Assembly (NCBI GenBank): GCA_000002445.1
Contig: CP000071.1
Span: forward strand, 448,001 to 512,000
Origin: Trypanosoma brucei
Lineage: Eukaryota
Length of the DNA stretch: 64,000 bases
Direction: 5' to 3'
Part shown: one piece after another, positions 44,054 to 54,438 of the stretch
Layout: every line of letters begins with the position of its first letter
Position numbering within the stretch: the stretch's first letter is position 1
Position numbers and translations under genes: made by a program
The notes under the pieces: generated by a model
The model's input: the letters and a program-made list of their open reading frames with translations, nothing else
The model's database searches: none
Told to the model about the DNA's origin: nothing

Positions 44054-44178
44054 GTATGTGAATTGCAATCCGGTTGAGTTCAACTACGTGCTTTCCCCTC
44101 TTCGCTTTGCTTCCCCTTCTCTCACCCCCTCTCCACTGCATAGGCGCAAAACATAGGCACATTCCACAACGCCAGAAG

Positions 44179-44180
<2 letters not shown>

Positions 44181-44227
<47 letters not shown>
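44181..44227. repeat. (AC)n microsatellite (about 23 units) inside the helicase intron
   Basis: acacacac... run. Confidence 0.9.
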
Positions 44228-44232
<5 letters not shown>

Positions 44233-44430
44233 TTACACGTATGTACAGTGGTGTGTAAACCTATATATGGGTTTCTGCCACTGTATTCTTCTCTGTTTTC
44301 GGTTGTGCGTTTTGTTCTTACCCCCGATTTGGTTCTCATGTCTTCCATGCACACGTGCAGCAGGCACTAGGGGAATTAGACGTAAATACTGGTAGGTTAA
44401 CGCAATAGGAAGCTTCTACTGATTTTTTTG

Positions 44431-44450
44431 ATATATATATATATATATAT
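44431..44450. repeat. (AT)10 microsatellite inside the helicase intron
   Basis: atatatatatatatatatat, followed by gtatatgcgtatgtgtgtg. Confidence 0.85.
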
Positions 44451-45377
44451 GTATATGCGTATGTGTGTGCTGCCTATCTCTGTATATAGGGTGTGACGCG
44501 GGGATAGCCAAAGAAGTAGTGTGTTTCGACGCGTGTGTAGGATGTGCCTTTATGTTTGTGTTTGTGTATGTGTCTTTCCCCTCCCCGCCTCCTCTCTCCG
44601 TGGCAGTCGGCTAACGGCAGGCGACTCACTTTCGCTTCAGTGCAGCGCGTTGTGCACGCGCAATGGGTTAGTGGTAGTTGCCAGGCGCTTAGGGAGTAAA
44701 TTGTTGCACATCTATCGTTTTGGTACTTCAGTTATACATGTGTGTGTGTGGAGATAGTTTCTCCCACTTTACGTATGTAGGGATGCTTCCACGTGGGAAT
44801 ATACGTGCGAACGTACCGTGCCTGAAGTAGTGCGGTAGCAACAATCCCTTTGTTCGTGCATGTGTGCGTGTTTGGTACATCTGAATGAATGAATTCTCTG
44901 AAGTGGCTATACGCAAGGAAGTGTCCCATAGGTTTGCAAGGATGAGGGTCGCTCGGGCCTGTACCTGTGGCACATTTCCCTCTGTGTGTGTGTGTATGCG
45001 TTTTTGTTTTGCGTCGGCCACAGAACCAGAGTTCACATGTACCATTAATGCGCAAGCACATATGGCACTCCGCTCTCTTTCCGCTTGTTGGATACAGAGT
45101 CTCCCCCTGCGCGGCGCAGCGAAGTGAGGTAGTACGCTGGTGTCGCCGGCTGTCACGATGCTCCCTTCTTCAACAACTTTTAGAAGTTGGTTACTTCTGT
45201 ACATTTGCTGAAAACTTTCTTTTCTCTTCTCCTTTCTCTAATTTCACTTCCCCTTGACATTGCCGTTGCTCTCATTGTGATGTGGTGTTGTTGTGCGCAA
45301 CGATACCATTTCAATTGGCGACATGTTTGACAAACTGCCGCACATCAATGTCAACTTCCTTACTGTCATATGAAAAG

Positions 45378-45862
45378 GGCGTACCGGTCGTGCCGGGCAG
45401 CGTGGTGATGCTTACACATTTGTTAGCGGTGCCGATCCGTCCAAGACTGTTCGTGACTTGATCGACATTCTTCGCCGCGCCAATCAGGAGATTCCACCAG
45501 GGCTTCACTCGCTTGCTGGCCGCGGTGGCGGTGGCAGTGGCGGTGGCGGCTTCCGTGGGGGCCGTCGCGGAGGGTACGGTGGGGGCGGTGGCGGTTACGG
45601 CTACGGCCGCTCTGGTGCGCAGTACGGCTCTGGGCCCACATACGGCAGGGATTACCGTGGCGCTCCATCCCACCATCAATCGGGTATTTCTGTTGGTGGC
45701 AATACATCTGATGCCTATTGGAGAGGGGGAGCGCCACCGCCTGGTCAACAGCCTTACTATCCGGTGTGCGGAGGTAATAAACGGACCCGTGAGGTGTCCG
45801 GCGGCTTTCACTCAGATCCTCAGAACTCGTACCGTCAGCAACCGACGGGTGGTTCTTATTAG
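45378..45862 (+). CDS. DBP2B: DEAD-box RNA helicase exon 2: end of motif VI plus Gly/Arg/Tyr-rich (RGG/GYG) C-terminal tail
   Basis: After the acceptor the frame reads (G)[83 protein letters not shown]...QQPTGGSY*. The spliced product is about 569 aa. Confidence 0.85.
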
Positions 45863-47040
45863 ACTTTTTCTTTAGGGTCTTGATGACATTATAGGATTTT
45901 TTTTTAGTGTACCGAAAGAGAGATGACGGTGAAAGGGGAAGTGGACATCAACTCCTTTGCTTATTCCCTGATGCCAATGGCACTACCACTGTTTCTGACA
46001 CTAGCTTTTGCTCGCACCGAAAGGCATTGCCAAGGTTGGCAATGAATTGAGGTAGTTGCGGTGCCGAGGTTAGTGGTTGGCCGCGTGTGTGGCGTGTTAG
46101 AGAAGGGAAAGGGAGATATTAAATGACAGGTAATAATTGTATGGACGATACGCATGCATATATCTCTATTTACCTATGTTAGTGCGTTTGCGCGCTTAGC
46201 ATGTCCGTCCCTTTCGGCTGTAAGGATGCGGAGAGGCAAGATGTGGGTTAGGCAGAAGCTTCAGTTATGCTACCTTTTTGGGTGCGGTTTGTTGTCTGGA
46301 AGCTTACCAACCCTTGCCCAACTTTTCGTATGCTTTTAATTTATTTTTCCAAATTAAAGTTGTGCGCCCTTTTGTTTTGCGTTTGTCCCCGTTCCATTCC
46401 ACTCGGCTTCACCTCGTTTTTGTTTTCAATTTTACTCTCGTCGGCGGCCGTCGCTGCATCTAGCAGACTCCACATACCTGCGGGAAGGGCGCAGTCTTTT
46501 TGCTTCCACACACTCACTCAAAACAGGCGATGAAAGGGATGAAAAACAAAGTTGGGAAAGCAAAACGTGTGTGTGTTTGCGCTCTTTAAAAATCATTCTG
46601 CGTTCATTCTGTTGACAACCAATTTTGTAAGCGGAAGAGAGTAGCTTGAATTTTGGCTGATGCAAATCCTTGTTCACGTACAACCCTCCGCTTTTTTTGA
46701 CTAAATATATATTTATTCTTTTCCCATTGACTCGTTAACTCTTTGTAGGTGCTGGGGGAGTATGGTAAAGCGTGACGCCGCTACTGTGTGAAGGTGCGGG
46801 GGAGGGTTATTTCTTATTCCCCATTTCTTTTGCGTGCCGTGAATATCTTCAATCTATTTTCCCTTCCCTCTCCTTCATTTATCTCTTTGTGCGGCTGTGC
46901 GATCTTCCGTTTCACTTCTTCACCGTCATTTGGGCCGTGATGTTATCGGATATTGAAGGGAGCGGCCGAGTGGAACCGCGTGAAGAAGGGACAGTAGGAA
47001 GGACCTGATACAAGGGAGGAAGAGTAGGTGAGGGAAAGTG

Positions 47041-48219
47041 ATGTCGCTCCCCGCTGTGGATCTTAAGTTCCTTTCGAACGTTTCCCGACGGCTGCAGGAA
47101 CGCGCTCTCCACGTTTACGTGCCGGGGGATTCGCGATCTTCCGTCGCCATCATCTTCCGCTTCGGAGATGACCGGCAGCAGCACGCCGTACGCCGCCTAC
47201 TTGCGGGTGCAAAGGAAGTGCAACAGGTGTTCCAACGACATTTATCGGCTGGTATAGGTATGGACCTCCCATCAACATTACAAGTACTGCTGGTAAGGCG
47301 ATTAGATTTAGTTAAGGACCGGTGGAGTGGGAGTGTTACGTACCCGGGCGGACGTCGCGACAGGGGTGACGCAGACGACTACAGCGCACTGTGCGCAAGG
47401 GTGAATGAAATGCTTGGAATTCCTCTGACTTCCTCAGAGTTTCTTCTTCTTGGTCGTCTCCGTGACTATCCGATCCGGAGCCGCCGCTTGCAGTTGGGAG
47501 GTATGGTGCAGTCCCGCTTCGTATTCTTGCACATTGGTGAGCTTGCCCCAACACTGCGTTTCGCCTCGCATATGGTAGAGGCTGCACGGTGGATTCCCTT
47601 CAGTGCTTTAGAGGTGAATCAGCGTTGCGCGCGAAGCACCGTGTCTCATCCGTTAAGGTCTTTTGTCCACCCCTCTGATGCTGAGACACGTTTGTTATTG
47701 ACGGAGCTGTTCCCTCATGCGTGTCTGTCTTTTCCCGCTGTGCAGGTGCCGGACCAGCAATGGAAGGTGTGGGGTTTGGCTCTGCGTTCCGCAAGTGAGT
47801 TGATGGCTCTCGATGACCGCTCAACCGCGGACTGGCCACTGGTATCATCAAATAATGCCCTCCTACAGCATTTTGTTATTGACCCGTTGCATGGGTACTA
47901 TGAACTTCTGTACACTTACCACCGTGTGAGGGGGCAGTGGGGGCGCAAAGGTAATGAGCTGCGAAACCTCTCGAGGTGCGACGTGATTCCGCCCACTTGC
48001 CACCCGATTCTTTGGGCCGTATCGGATGAGGCGAACCCACGGCACGTTTTTTTTCTGCTCCTATGTGCAGCCTTTGTGACTATGATGGCGTATGCCATTG
48101 CTACTGTCGTTCATGGTGCATGCACTGTGGTCCGCTTGGCTTTTGGTTGTAACGAGGGGGATGGGTTTGAGAGGACGTTGGGGTATTGCACAGCATCAAA
48201 CAATGATGGAGAGGTGTAG
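47041..48219 (+). CDS. Nudix-hydrolase-like protein, NUDT7/NUDT8 (CoA pyrophosphatase) type with degenerate Nudix box and C-terminal hydrophobic segment
   Basis: The track start at 47038 is GTG, and the first ATG is at 47041. VAIIFRF...LQVLLVRRLDLVKDRWSGSVTYPGGRRDRGDADDYSALCARVNEMLGI resembles the NUDT7/8 pattern V.VL..L...LLLTKRS..L..H.G.VSFPGG..D..D.....ALRE..EE.GL. The Nudix box REUxEExGU is replaced by RVNEMLGI, so the catalytic Glu residues are partly lost. The C-terminal region FFLLLCAAFVTMMAYAIATVVHGACTVV is TM-like. Confidence 0.65.
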   Translation: MSLPAVDLKFLSNVSRRLQERALHVYVPGDSRSSVAIIFRFGDDRQQHAVRRLLAGAKEVQQVFQRHLSAGIGMDLPSTLQVLLVRRLDLVKDRWSGSVTYPGGRRDRGDADDYSALCARVNEMLGIPLTSSEFLLLGRLRDYPIRSRRLQLGGMVQSRFVFLHIGELAPTLRFASHMVEAARWIPFSALEVNQRCARSTVSHPLRSFVHPSDAETRLLLTELFPHACLSFPAVQVPDQQWKVWGLALRSASELMALDDRSTADWPLVSSNNALLQHFVIDPLHGYYELLYTYHRVRGQWGRKGNELRNLSRCDVIPPTCHPILWAVSDEANPRHVFFLLLCAAFVTMMAYAIATVVHGACTVVRLAFGCNEGDGFERTLGYCTASNNDGEV

Positions 48220-48661
48220 CGAGTCGTTTTTTTTTTTTGTCATGTCCGAACACATATATGAGTGTTGGTGTAGCCGTGGGGTACATCTTTTCCTCCGGGC
48301 TTGTTTTGGGCGTCTAGTACGGAGATGAGGAGGGTGTCCACTTCTCCCCTCTACCCGTTGTCGCATTACTGAGCCTACATGGGCCTTCGGGTAGTCGCCA
48401 ATCTTCACAGATATGTACGGAGTAATAACCACCAATGCTTTCTTCTTTGCTCACTGTCTTTTCTGGTCGATAATTCTCAACGTGGATTATTATTGCCATC
48501 TCACTGTTTCTCTTCTTCTACACTTTCTTCACATGCTTCGCCCGTTTCGTGTGGTTTAGTCGCTCAGCATCCACCGATAGGCTTGTGGTGGATTACACAA
48601 CAGCTAAGCGTGGCAAAGCGTGTGAGTGAGCTGGGCTGGCTGGCTGGCGTCCCCCACGGCT

Positions 48662-50110
48662 ATGCTGTTGAAGCTTGGCGCTGTGTTACTTCTTCTTGTG
48701 CTGTATCATGTCGGCTCACTCTTTAGCCGGCTGGTGTTTGTGTACACAATTCAGCAGGGCACCACGAAATTTTGCTTTCGTTTTGTCTTCGCTTTATCGA
48801 CGTACGCGTTCATCCTGCTGCTGCTGGACGCCTCTCAGGTTAGTGAGCGCATCAAGAGCAACTTTAGTATCCAGACACTGCGCTGCGTGCTCGCGGTGGA
48901 TTTGGTCCTCATCGCACTCTTTTGTCCCTTTCTGGTAGTCCGGTCATTGCTGCCTAATGTGCGGTTGTATTATTTCTTTCTGGTGCTGCTTGCCTGTGGG
49001 CTGGTGAAGATGCTTTTTGGCGCTTCGGTGGCGGCATGGAGTTGGACGTTGAGTAGCACGCAGGGCATTCCCACCCTGTTTTCTTGGGATGTCGTGAGTG
49101 TAGCTGTTTCCACTACCGGGGTTGTTGTTGTGGGTCTCCTCTCAGGTTACGCTGCTGTTACAACGCCACTGGCATTTGTTGAGCCGCTGTTCGAGCATGG
49201 GAGTGGGGACCAGGCCCGCCTCGCCGTTGGTGTGTTGGCAAAACGACAAAAGCACCTCTTGGAACTATGGATGTTAAAACGGCAGCAAATTGCACGGGCG
49301 TATGGCGCGGTGTCGAGGGCAGATGGGGGTCGTGACGGTAGCAACCGTGGCTCGATAGCCGCTGGCCGCCGCATGTGGAATTGGGTCGCAAATTCCATTT
49401 ATTCAAGTGTTCGCGCGAGTGGCGCCGATATCGCAGCGATGGAGACGGAGAGTGATGGCATTCGGGCCGTCAGCATGGCGGTGTTTTTGCAGATGAGTGA
49501 GATGGACACATTGGTGCGGTCGGCGGGGAGTGGAGAAACGTGGCGCAGGCGGTTCAACGCACTGTTTGGCCTCATTCTGTTTACGCATGCTCTCGTTAAG
49601 TTTCTTTCTACCGTCATTAGTCTTCTAAGGTGGGGTGTGCTTGCAGCTGAAAACGCCGCCCCGCATAGGGAGGACACCGCCACCAAGGTGATGAACTTCT
49701 TAGAAGCGTATGGGCTTGCAACTCCTCATGGGGATGGGGCGGAGCAGCGAGTTGTGTGGGTGTCTATAGCGCTCAACGCCTGGATGATTGCCAGTGCGAT
49801 TCGAGGTTTCTTCCTGCTGGTGTTTCGGCTCACGACCCACATTGCATTTATTAGCCTGGACACTACCGTAACAATTTTGACGGCGGGAATGGGAGCCTTC
49901 TTCGTCGGGCAGTTAGTGCTGTTACGCTTAACTCCTTCACTCGAGCGAGAGAGTGTGCTGTACACCGCCCTGCGTGAACAACTGCCGCAGCACGGGGCAT
50001 ATTGCCATCTTAACGATTTAGTGTTTGTTGTAGCGGCCGCCCTTGTTGCCATGATGCGGCGATGCATGTTCTCATCTTCTGCCACTGCTTTGTGTGCCGC
50101 CGCAGATTAA
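48662..50110 (+). CDS. GPR89 / Golgi pH regulator (GPHR) family multi-pass membrane protein
   Basis: The track start at 48626 is GTG, and the first ATG is at 48662 ([17 protein letters not shown], TM1). [27 protein letters not shown] aligns to GPR89 [49 protein letters not shown] aligns to [39 protein letters not shown] aligns to IVTSIRGLLITLTKFFYAI. Confidence 0.75.
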   Translation: [482 protein letters not shown]

Positions 50111-50860
50111 TGGGGAATAACATTTCACGTTGTGTGTATAAGTTCTTCGCAGCGATATATGCTTATATGTGCTTGTGAGGGATGAAGGCCACAACAAGTA
50201 TTACTGGCGAAGCAACCACAGCTGGAAATGTCGTTTCTGGCCATCACTGTGCCGGGGGCTCATACGCCACTCTCTCTTACCGTATGGCGTCTTGCGGTCG
50301 TTGTTGTGTTCGCTGCTGTGCTGTTGTGTTTGTGGGTAGTTAGTAACAGCAGCGGGTACGTGGTGAAGATGGGAATGGCGGCGCTTATGTCCGTGGGTGG
50401 CCAGAGACAACAGCACCAATCGATGCACAAAGACGAGGAGGAGGAGGGAAGGGGGGCGTAAGCGGTTACCGGCAACAACTTCCCTAACTTCTTCCAATCT
50501 GTGATAAGTAGCTGCATTTATGGTTACCACATTCTTCTTGTAATTTATTGTTGAGGGGCTATAAGACCCCGACGCATGTGCGCGTATAGAAGGGGAGTGC
50601 CACATATGGATTCAGGCCACTGTACGGGCCACGTTGGAGTTTCGGTTCCGCCATTGGCTAGTGGTTTGCATACATCCAGTGGGCACAACATTCAGGTGGG
50701 TGTCGTTTCGTGTTGAAACATTACTTATTTCCCCTTCTTTGTTTGGTTTCTGAGTGCTGTCCCTCCTTTTCCTTTTCCTTTACAAAGAAATGAAATGGCC
50801 CAGCCCCCTTTGTTTATCTTCAAATGCCGCTCTCTTCTTGAAGGGTGACCGCGCGTTATC

Positions 50861-51130
50861 ACTTTTACTTTTTTTTTTTTTGAAGATGTCTTAGTGTTAT
50901 CTCTTCTCGTTTGAGGTGCAGGCGTCGTTTTTTTTTTTCGTTTCGGTGTTCATTCGTTGTATTGCTTTCGGACCTTCGGTGTTGGTTCCGTTGAAGTGGT
51001 ACACCCGTAGCGAGTTGGTGTCTGACCTTCTCTTTGTTGTCGCTTTCCTCTTTCACATGATATTTATGTATCCCCTTTTTTCTGCTTTTCTCTTTCGGCC
51101 TGGCTCCGTTTGTTACTGATTTTAACAATC
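50861..51130 (+). promoter_or_regulatory. Pyrimidine-rich intergenic tract (candidate trans-splicing / polyadenylation signal region) upstream of the 51315 gene
   Basis: cacttttactttttttttttttgaagatg ... cgtcgtttttttttttcgtttcggtgttcattcgttg. Poly-T/CT runs on the coding strand. Confidence 0.4.
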
Positions 51131-51314
51131 TTTTTCCCTTCATCCTTTTTGTTTCCTTTGGGCTCGCTACGAGCTTGCGTGAAGCGCACGTGCTGTTACA
51201 CATACACAAAAACACACAAACACGTGAGCACATCGTATCCAGGCCTTTATATATCACAAACAAAGGAACCATCGGCGGTTGGGGTTGTACCTGAAAGCTG
51301 ATAGACAGGCTCTA

Positions 51315-53987
51315 ATGTCAACTCCATCTGTGGTCGGTTCAGAGCAGCAACAGGACCGCAACCGAGTTGCGTACGGCATGCGCCGTGAGTGGAAGTTTTC
51401 CCTCACATTTGCTCATCAGGCCGCCCGCATTATTTTGCACTTGTCACCATATTGGGAAAGCACGTTTATTGACCCCCGTGAGCTTGAGCAGCTCAATCGT
51501 TTAGACCGCGACGTAAAGCACTGCCCAATGAGGCCTGCCCTCCGTTACAACGACCTCGGAACCACTCCGACGCGGATGGAGGAGGTGTGGACAGAAAATC
51601 TAAAGAAAGTGACGATTCTTTACTCTCACATCCCACCGGACACGACGCTCGTCGGGTATTGCGTTCGCAGCGTCCAGCACGTGCTTTCCGATCCACAGGT
51701 CGTTGACGTGGATGGGTGCACCGATTTTTCGCGTCTCCAGGTTGGAAACAAGCTTCGTTGTCGGCACAAGTTGGGGGGCCGGCGGAGCTTCCACTTCCGC
51801 TACACAACCTCGTCCAAGACGAAGACGAAGAGCACTGTGTATGTCATCGGCACGATCATCAACCAGCGCGGTTACCTCTGTACAGTGGAGAGTACGGGCG
51901 GCGAAGACTTAGACTCATATGTGAAGAAACACTTTTTACCTCATTACACGGACAAGGATAAGTTTATGATAGATCAAGACCTCGTCTACTCTGATGTTTC
52001 CAGTACTATCCTCAAGGAACAACAGGAGCTCTTCGGTGAGTTACGCTATTCAGACACAGACGCTGCTGTAGCCTTTACAATACCCATGCATCCTATGAGC
52101 ATCCGACCGGATTACTCACCGACGCAAACGGTTGGCGTTGGCTCTATAGCATGTATGACGTTGGAACTCAACGTGTACCAGAGGCCCGTTGAGAGCGATG
52201 AGATCGATATTGCTGGAGTAATAAATTTTAAGGTTAATCAGGCGCTTCTATTCCTCGACGTGGAGGACATGGTACGGATGGGTTACCCGCGCATTATGTC
52301 TACTGAGCAGTACAGTAACATGAAGATAAACCGTCTTCTCGACATTTTCAGCGATGCCAAAGTTGTAGGAACCCCTGGCACGAGTTACTTGGGCGTTCGC
52401 ACGGGCCGTAGCCGCACTTTGACATTTACATATGAACCCTTTAATGCAGTGGTAAAGGTAATGATGACTTCTGCCATCGTTTGTGGCCTCGGGGTGACGG
52501 CAGTGTTTATTACAAAGCTGGGTGGTGGCATCTTCGATGCTCATTTGTATCTCTACCAGCAGCTGCTGAGGGGGATTAAGTTTATGGAGTCTGACATCCC
52601 TCGAGGCTGTCTGAGTCGCTTCAATTCCACGTGTGTGCGTCTTGTTGAGCAGAACATAACCCGTTGTTACGCTGCGGCCCCAGCAGATGGGCGACACACG
52701 ATGGAACAGCACCTGAAGTTGTTGCGGGAGTCCTGCGACACCCGTGTAGAGGGTGGAATATCTGTCAACGTTCCGGTAAAGGAGGGTGGCCTCGGGAAGT
52801 TGCCAGGGGAGGGCCAACGTTGCTCTTCGGCCTCCGATGGCAATTTACGGACTGCGACACCCACCGAGGAGCTGGCCAGTGAGCAGGAGAAGGTTTCTTG
52901 TCATGAGGGCGACGCGACGGAGGATACTCCCACTTCTCCGGTGGGTTCGTCCACTGGGGGCTCACACTCTTCGTTCCATAGCACGCTTTCCATCAGTGTG
53001 ACGGGTATACGGACGAAACAGGAGGTGGTAGGGGGTGATGGTACCCCCACATACGGCAGGTCGCACCCGCAGCGGGCGAGCATTCTTGCGTCAGCGACGC
53101 CGGATGTAACGGATCTTAACGTCGAACCACCTGCAAGCCCTACCGTAACGGTGTTATTGCCGTCACCGCAGCCACCAACTTCGGCAGCTGCAATACCTTC
53201 ACCTGCCCAGGCAGTGGCGGCCGCGTCAGGCTCGCCAAGAACCAGTTCTGAGCAGGTGTCTGGCGGGGCCGATATGAGCCGCCAACTTTCAGTGGCAGTG
53301 CCTCCCTCCAGCAGTGTGGAGAGCAACGTCCGTGTTCCTTCCCCCGCAAGAAGCCCTGCAGATGGTGTAGAGGCAAATGTTGCGGGATCTCCGTCTTCCG
53401 TTGTGTTCCCGCAGATGCCGAAAGATGAGCTTGAAGAAGATCAAGATAGCAAAGTACAGGCGGTGCTCAAGGCGGACGATGCCGACGCATACTTCGGGCT
53501 CTCTATGTACGACGCGTACGTGCACAGTTGTGATATGCTGAAGTGCAAACCAAACAGTTATCTTCTGAAGAAGTTTCCAACGAACCCGCGTTTCTCCAAC
53601 CTTATCCACGAGGTAGACATAAGTTCCAATTACCTTGGACATGGTGGTTTCGTCGCAGTGCTCAACATTCTTCCGAACTTCCCTAATGTACATACGCTTC
53701 ACTTCAATGACATGTCACTTGACAACGAAGATGTTGAGCATCTATGTGAGGTACTGAAAGATAACAAGTCTGTTCGTGAGGTGCATTTGCGGGACAACGA
53801 CAAGATAACCCTCCCCTCCACGCGCTTCTTTTCGCGGTTGCTGAAAGTGAACCCGAACATTGTGACACTGTCACTGGAAGGCACGCGTTTGGGGCCTTCC
53901 GTTATTGGTCGGTTGCAGGAGGACGTAAAGAAAAACGCGGAAAAAAAGGGTGACGCTGAAGCGGCCAGCGTTTCCGACTCAAAGTAG
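51315..53987 (+). CDS. Leucine-rich-repeat (RNI-like) protein with central Ser/Pro/Thr-rich region, hypothetical
   Basis: The track start at 51279 is TTG, and the first ATG is at 51315. The C-terminus carries RNI-type LRRs (ISSNYLGHGGFVAVLNILPNFPNVHTLHFNDMSLDNEDVEHLCEVLKDNKSVREVHLRDNDKIT ... NPNIVTLSLEGTRLG). The middle about 300 aa is S/P/T/A low complexity. Confidence 0.6.
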   Translation: MSTPSVVGSEQQQDRNRVAYGMRREWKFSLTFAHQAARIILHLSPYWESTFIDPRELEQLNRLDRDVKHCPMRPALRYNDLGTTPTRMEEVWTENLKKVTILYSHIPPDTTLVGYCVRSVQHVLSDPQVVDVDGCTDFSRLQVGNKLRCRHKLGGRRSFHFRYTTSSKTKTKSTVYVIGTIINQRGYLCTVESTGGEDLDSYVKKHFLPHYTDKDKFMIDQDLVYSDVSSTILKEQQELFGELRYSDTDAAVAFTIPMHPMSIRPDYSPTQTVGVGSIACMTLELNVYQRPVESDEIDIAGVINFKVNQALLFLDVEDMVRMGYPRIMSTEQYSNMKINRLLDIFSDAKVVGTPGTSYLGVRTGRSRTLTFTYEPFNAVVKVMMTSAIVCGLGVTAVFITKLGGGIFDAHLYLYQQLLRGIKFMESDIPRGCLSRFNSTCVRLVEQNITRCYAAAPADGRHTMEQHLKLLRESCDTRVEGGISVNVPVKEGGLGKLPGEGQRCSSASDGNLRTATPTEELASEQEKVSCHEGDATEDTPTSPVGSSTGGSHSSFHSTLSISVTGIRTKQEVVGGDGTPTYGRSHPQRASILASATPDVTDLNVEPPASPTVTVLLPSPQPPTSAAAIPSPAQAVAAASGSPRTSSEQVSGGADMSRQLSVAVPPSSSVESNVRVPSPARSPADGVEANVAGSPSSVVFPQMPKDELEEDQDSKVQAVLKADDADAYFGLSMYDAYVHSCDMLKCKPNSYLLKKFPTNPRFSNLIHEVDISSNYLGHGGFVAVLNILPNFPNVHTLHFNDMSLDNEDVEHLCEVLKDNKSVREVHLRDNDKITLPSTRFFSRLLKVNPNIVTLSLEGTRLGPSVIGRLQEDVKKNAEKKGDAEAASVSDSK

Positions 53988-54438
53988 GGACGTCCCAACT
54001 TCTTTTTGCCTTTGGAAGTTAGAGTGTACATTTTGTTTTGTTTCCCGTCCGTTTTGTTTATTTAACTTTCCCTCAGCGTCACTTGCGCTTGTGCCTTCAT
54101 TACTTCCTCGTTTTATGCGCGAGGAGGCACCCAAGGAAACGTGGAAAGGCAACTGCGTGTTGTGTAGGGGTTTCTGAGATGTAAATAGCCTATTTTGCGT
54201 GCTGGGGTGCTGTGTCTTTGATTGTGTGTTACTTGCCTTTATTGCCGGCGGTGGCACAAAGGGGCACATGATTTGTGTTATAAGCCTAGCAGAGGGCTTT
54301 TATGTTTGCCCTCTTTTCACACAGCTGTTATTGTACATATCGCTTTTCCTCTCCAACTATCGTTGCGCACTGCCGCCGTTTTTTGACGATAGATGTGAGG
54401 TCGCTCTTTTTTTTTTTCTGCACACCTGCCTCACTACA

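Larger units (their letters stand above)
44054..45377 (+). other. cis-spliced intron (1324 nt) with 5' GUAUGU donor and 3' AG acceptor (aaaag|g), interrupting helicase motif VI
   Basis: The 5' splice site att g|gtatgtgaat is the yeast-like GUAUGU consensus used by the known trypanosome cis-introns. The acceptor sits at ...cttccttactgtcatatgaaaag|ggcgtaccggtcgtgccgggcag. Splicing joins HRI-g|gg-RTGRAG and gives an intact [13 protein letters not shown] motif VI in frame with the downstream ORF. The intron contains (AC)23 and (AT)10 microsatellites and no credible ORF. Confidence 0.85.

Noticed and set aside
42829-44061. Reading the helicase as a C-terminally truncated pseudogene ending at HRIGM*
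   Set aside because: The downstream ORF supplies the missing RTGRAG of motif VI in a phase that exactly fits GUAUGU...AG splicing. A spliced gene is far more parsimonious than a truncation.
44074-45257. ORFs inside the intron (44074..44370 plus, 44037..44354 minus, 44728..45204 minus, 44967..45257 plus)
   Set aside because: They are driven by (AC)n/(GT)n microsatellites and give poly-His/Thr/Cys/Val peptides. They overlap in several frames and have no domain signal.
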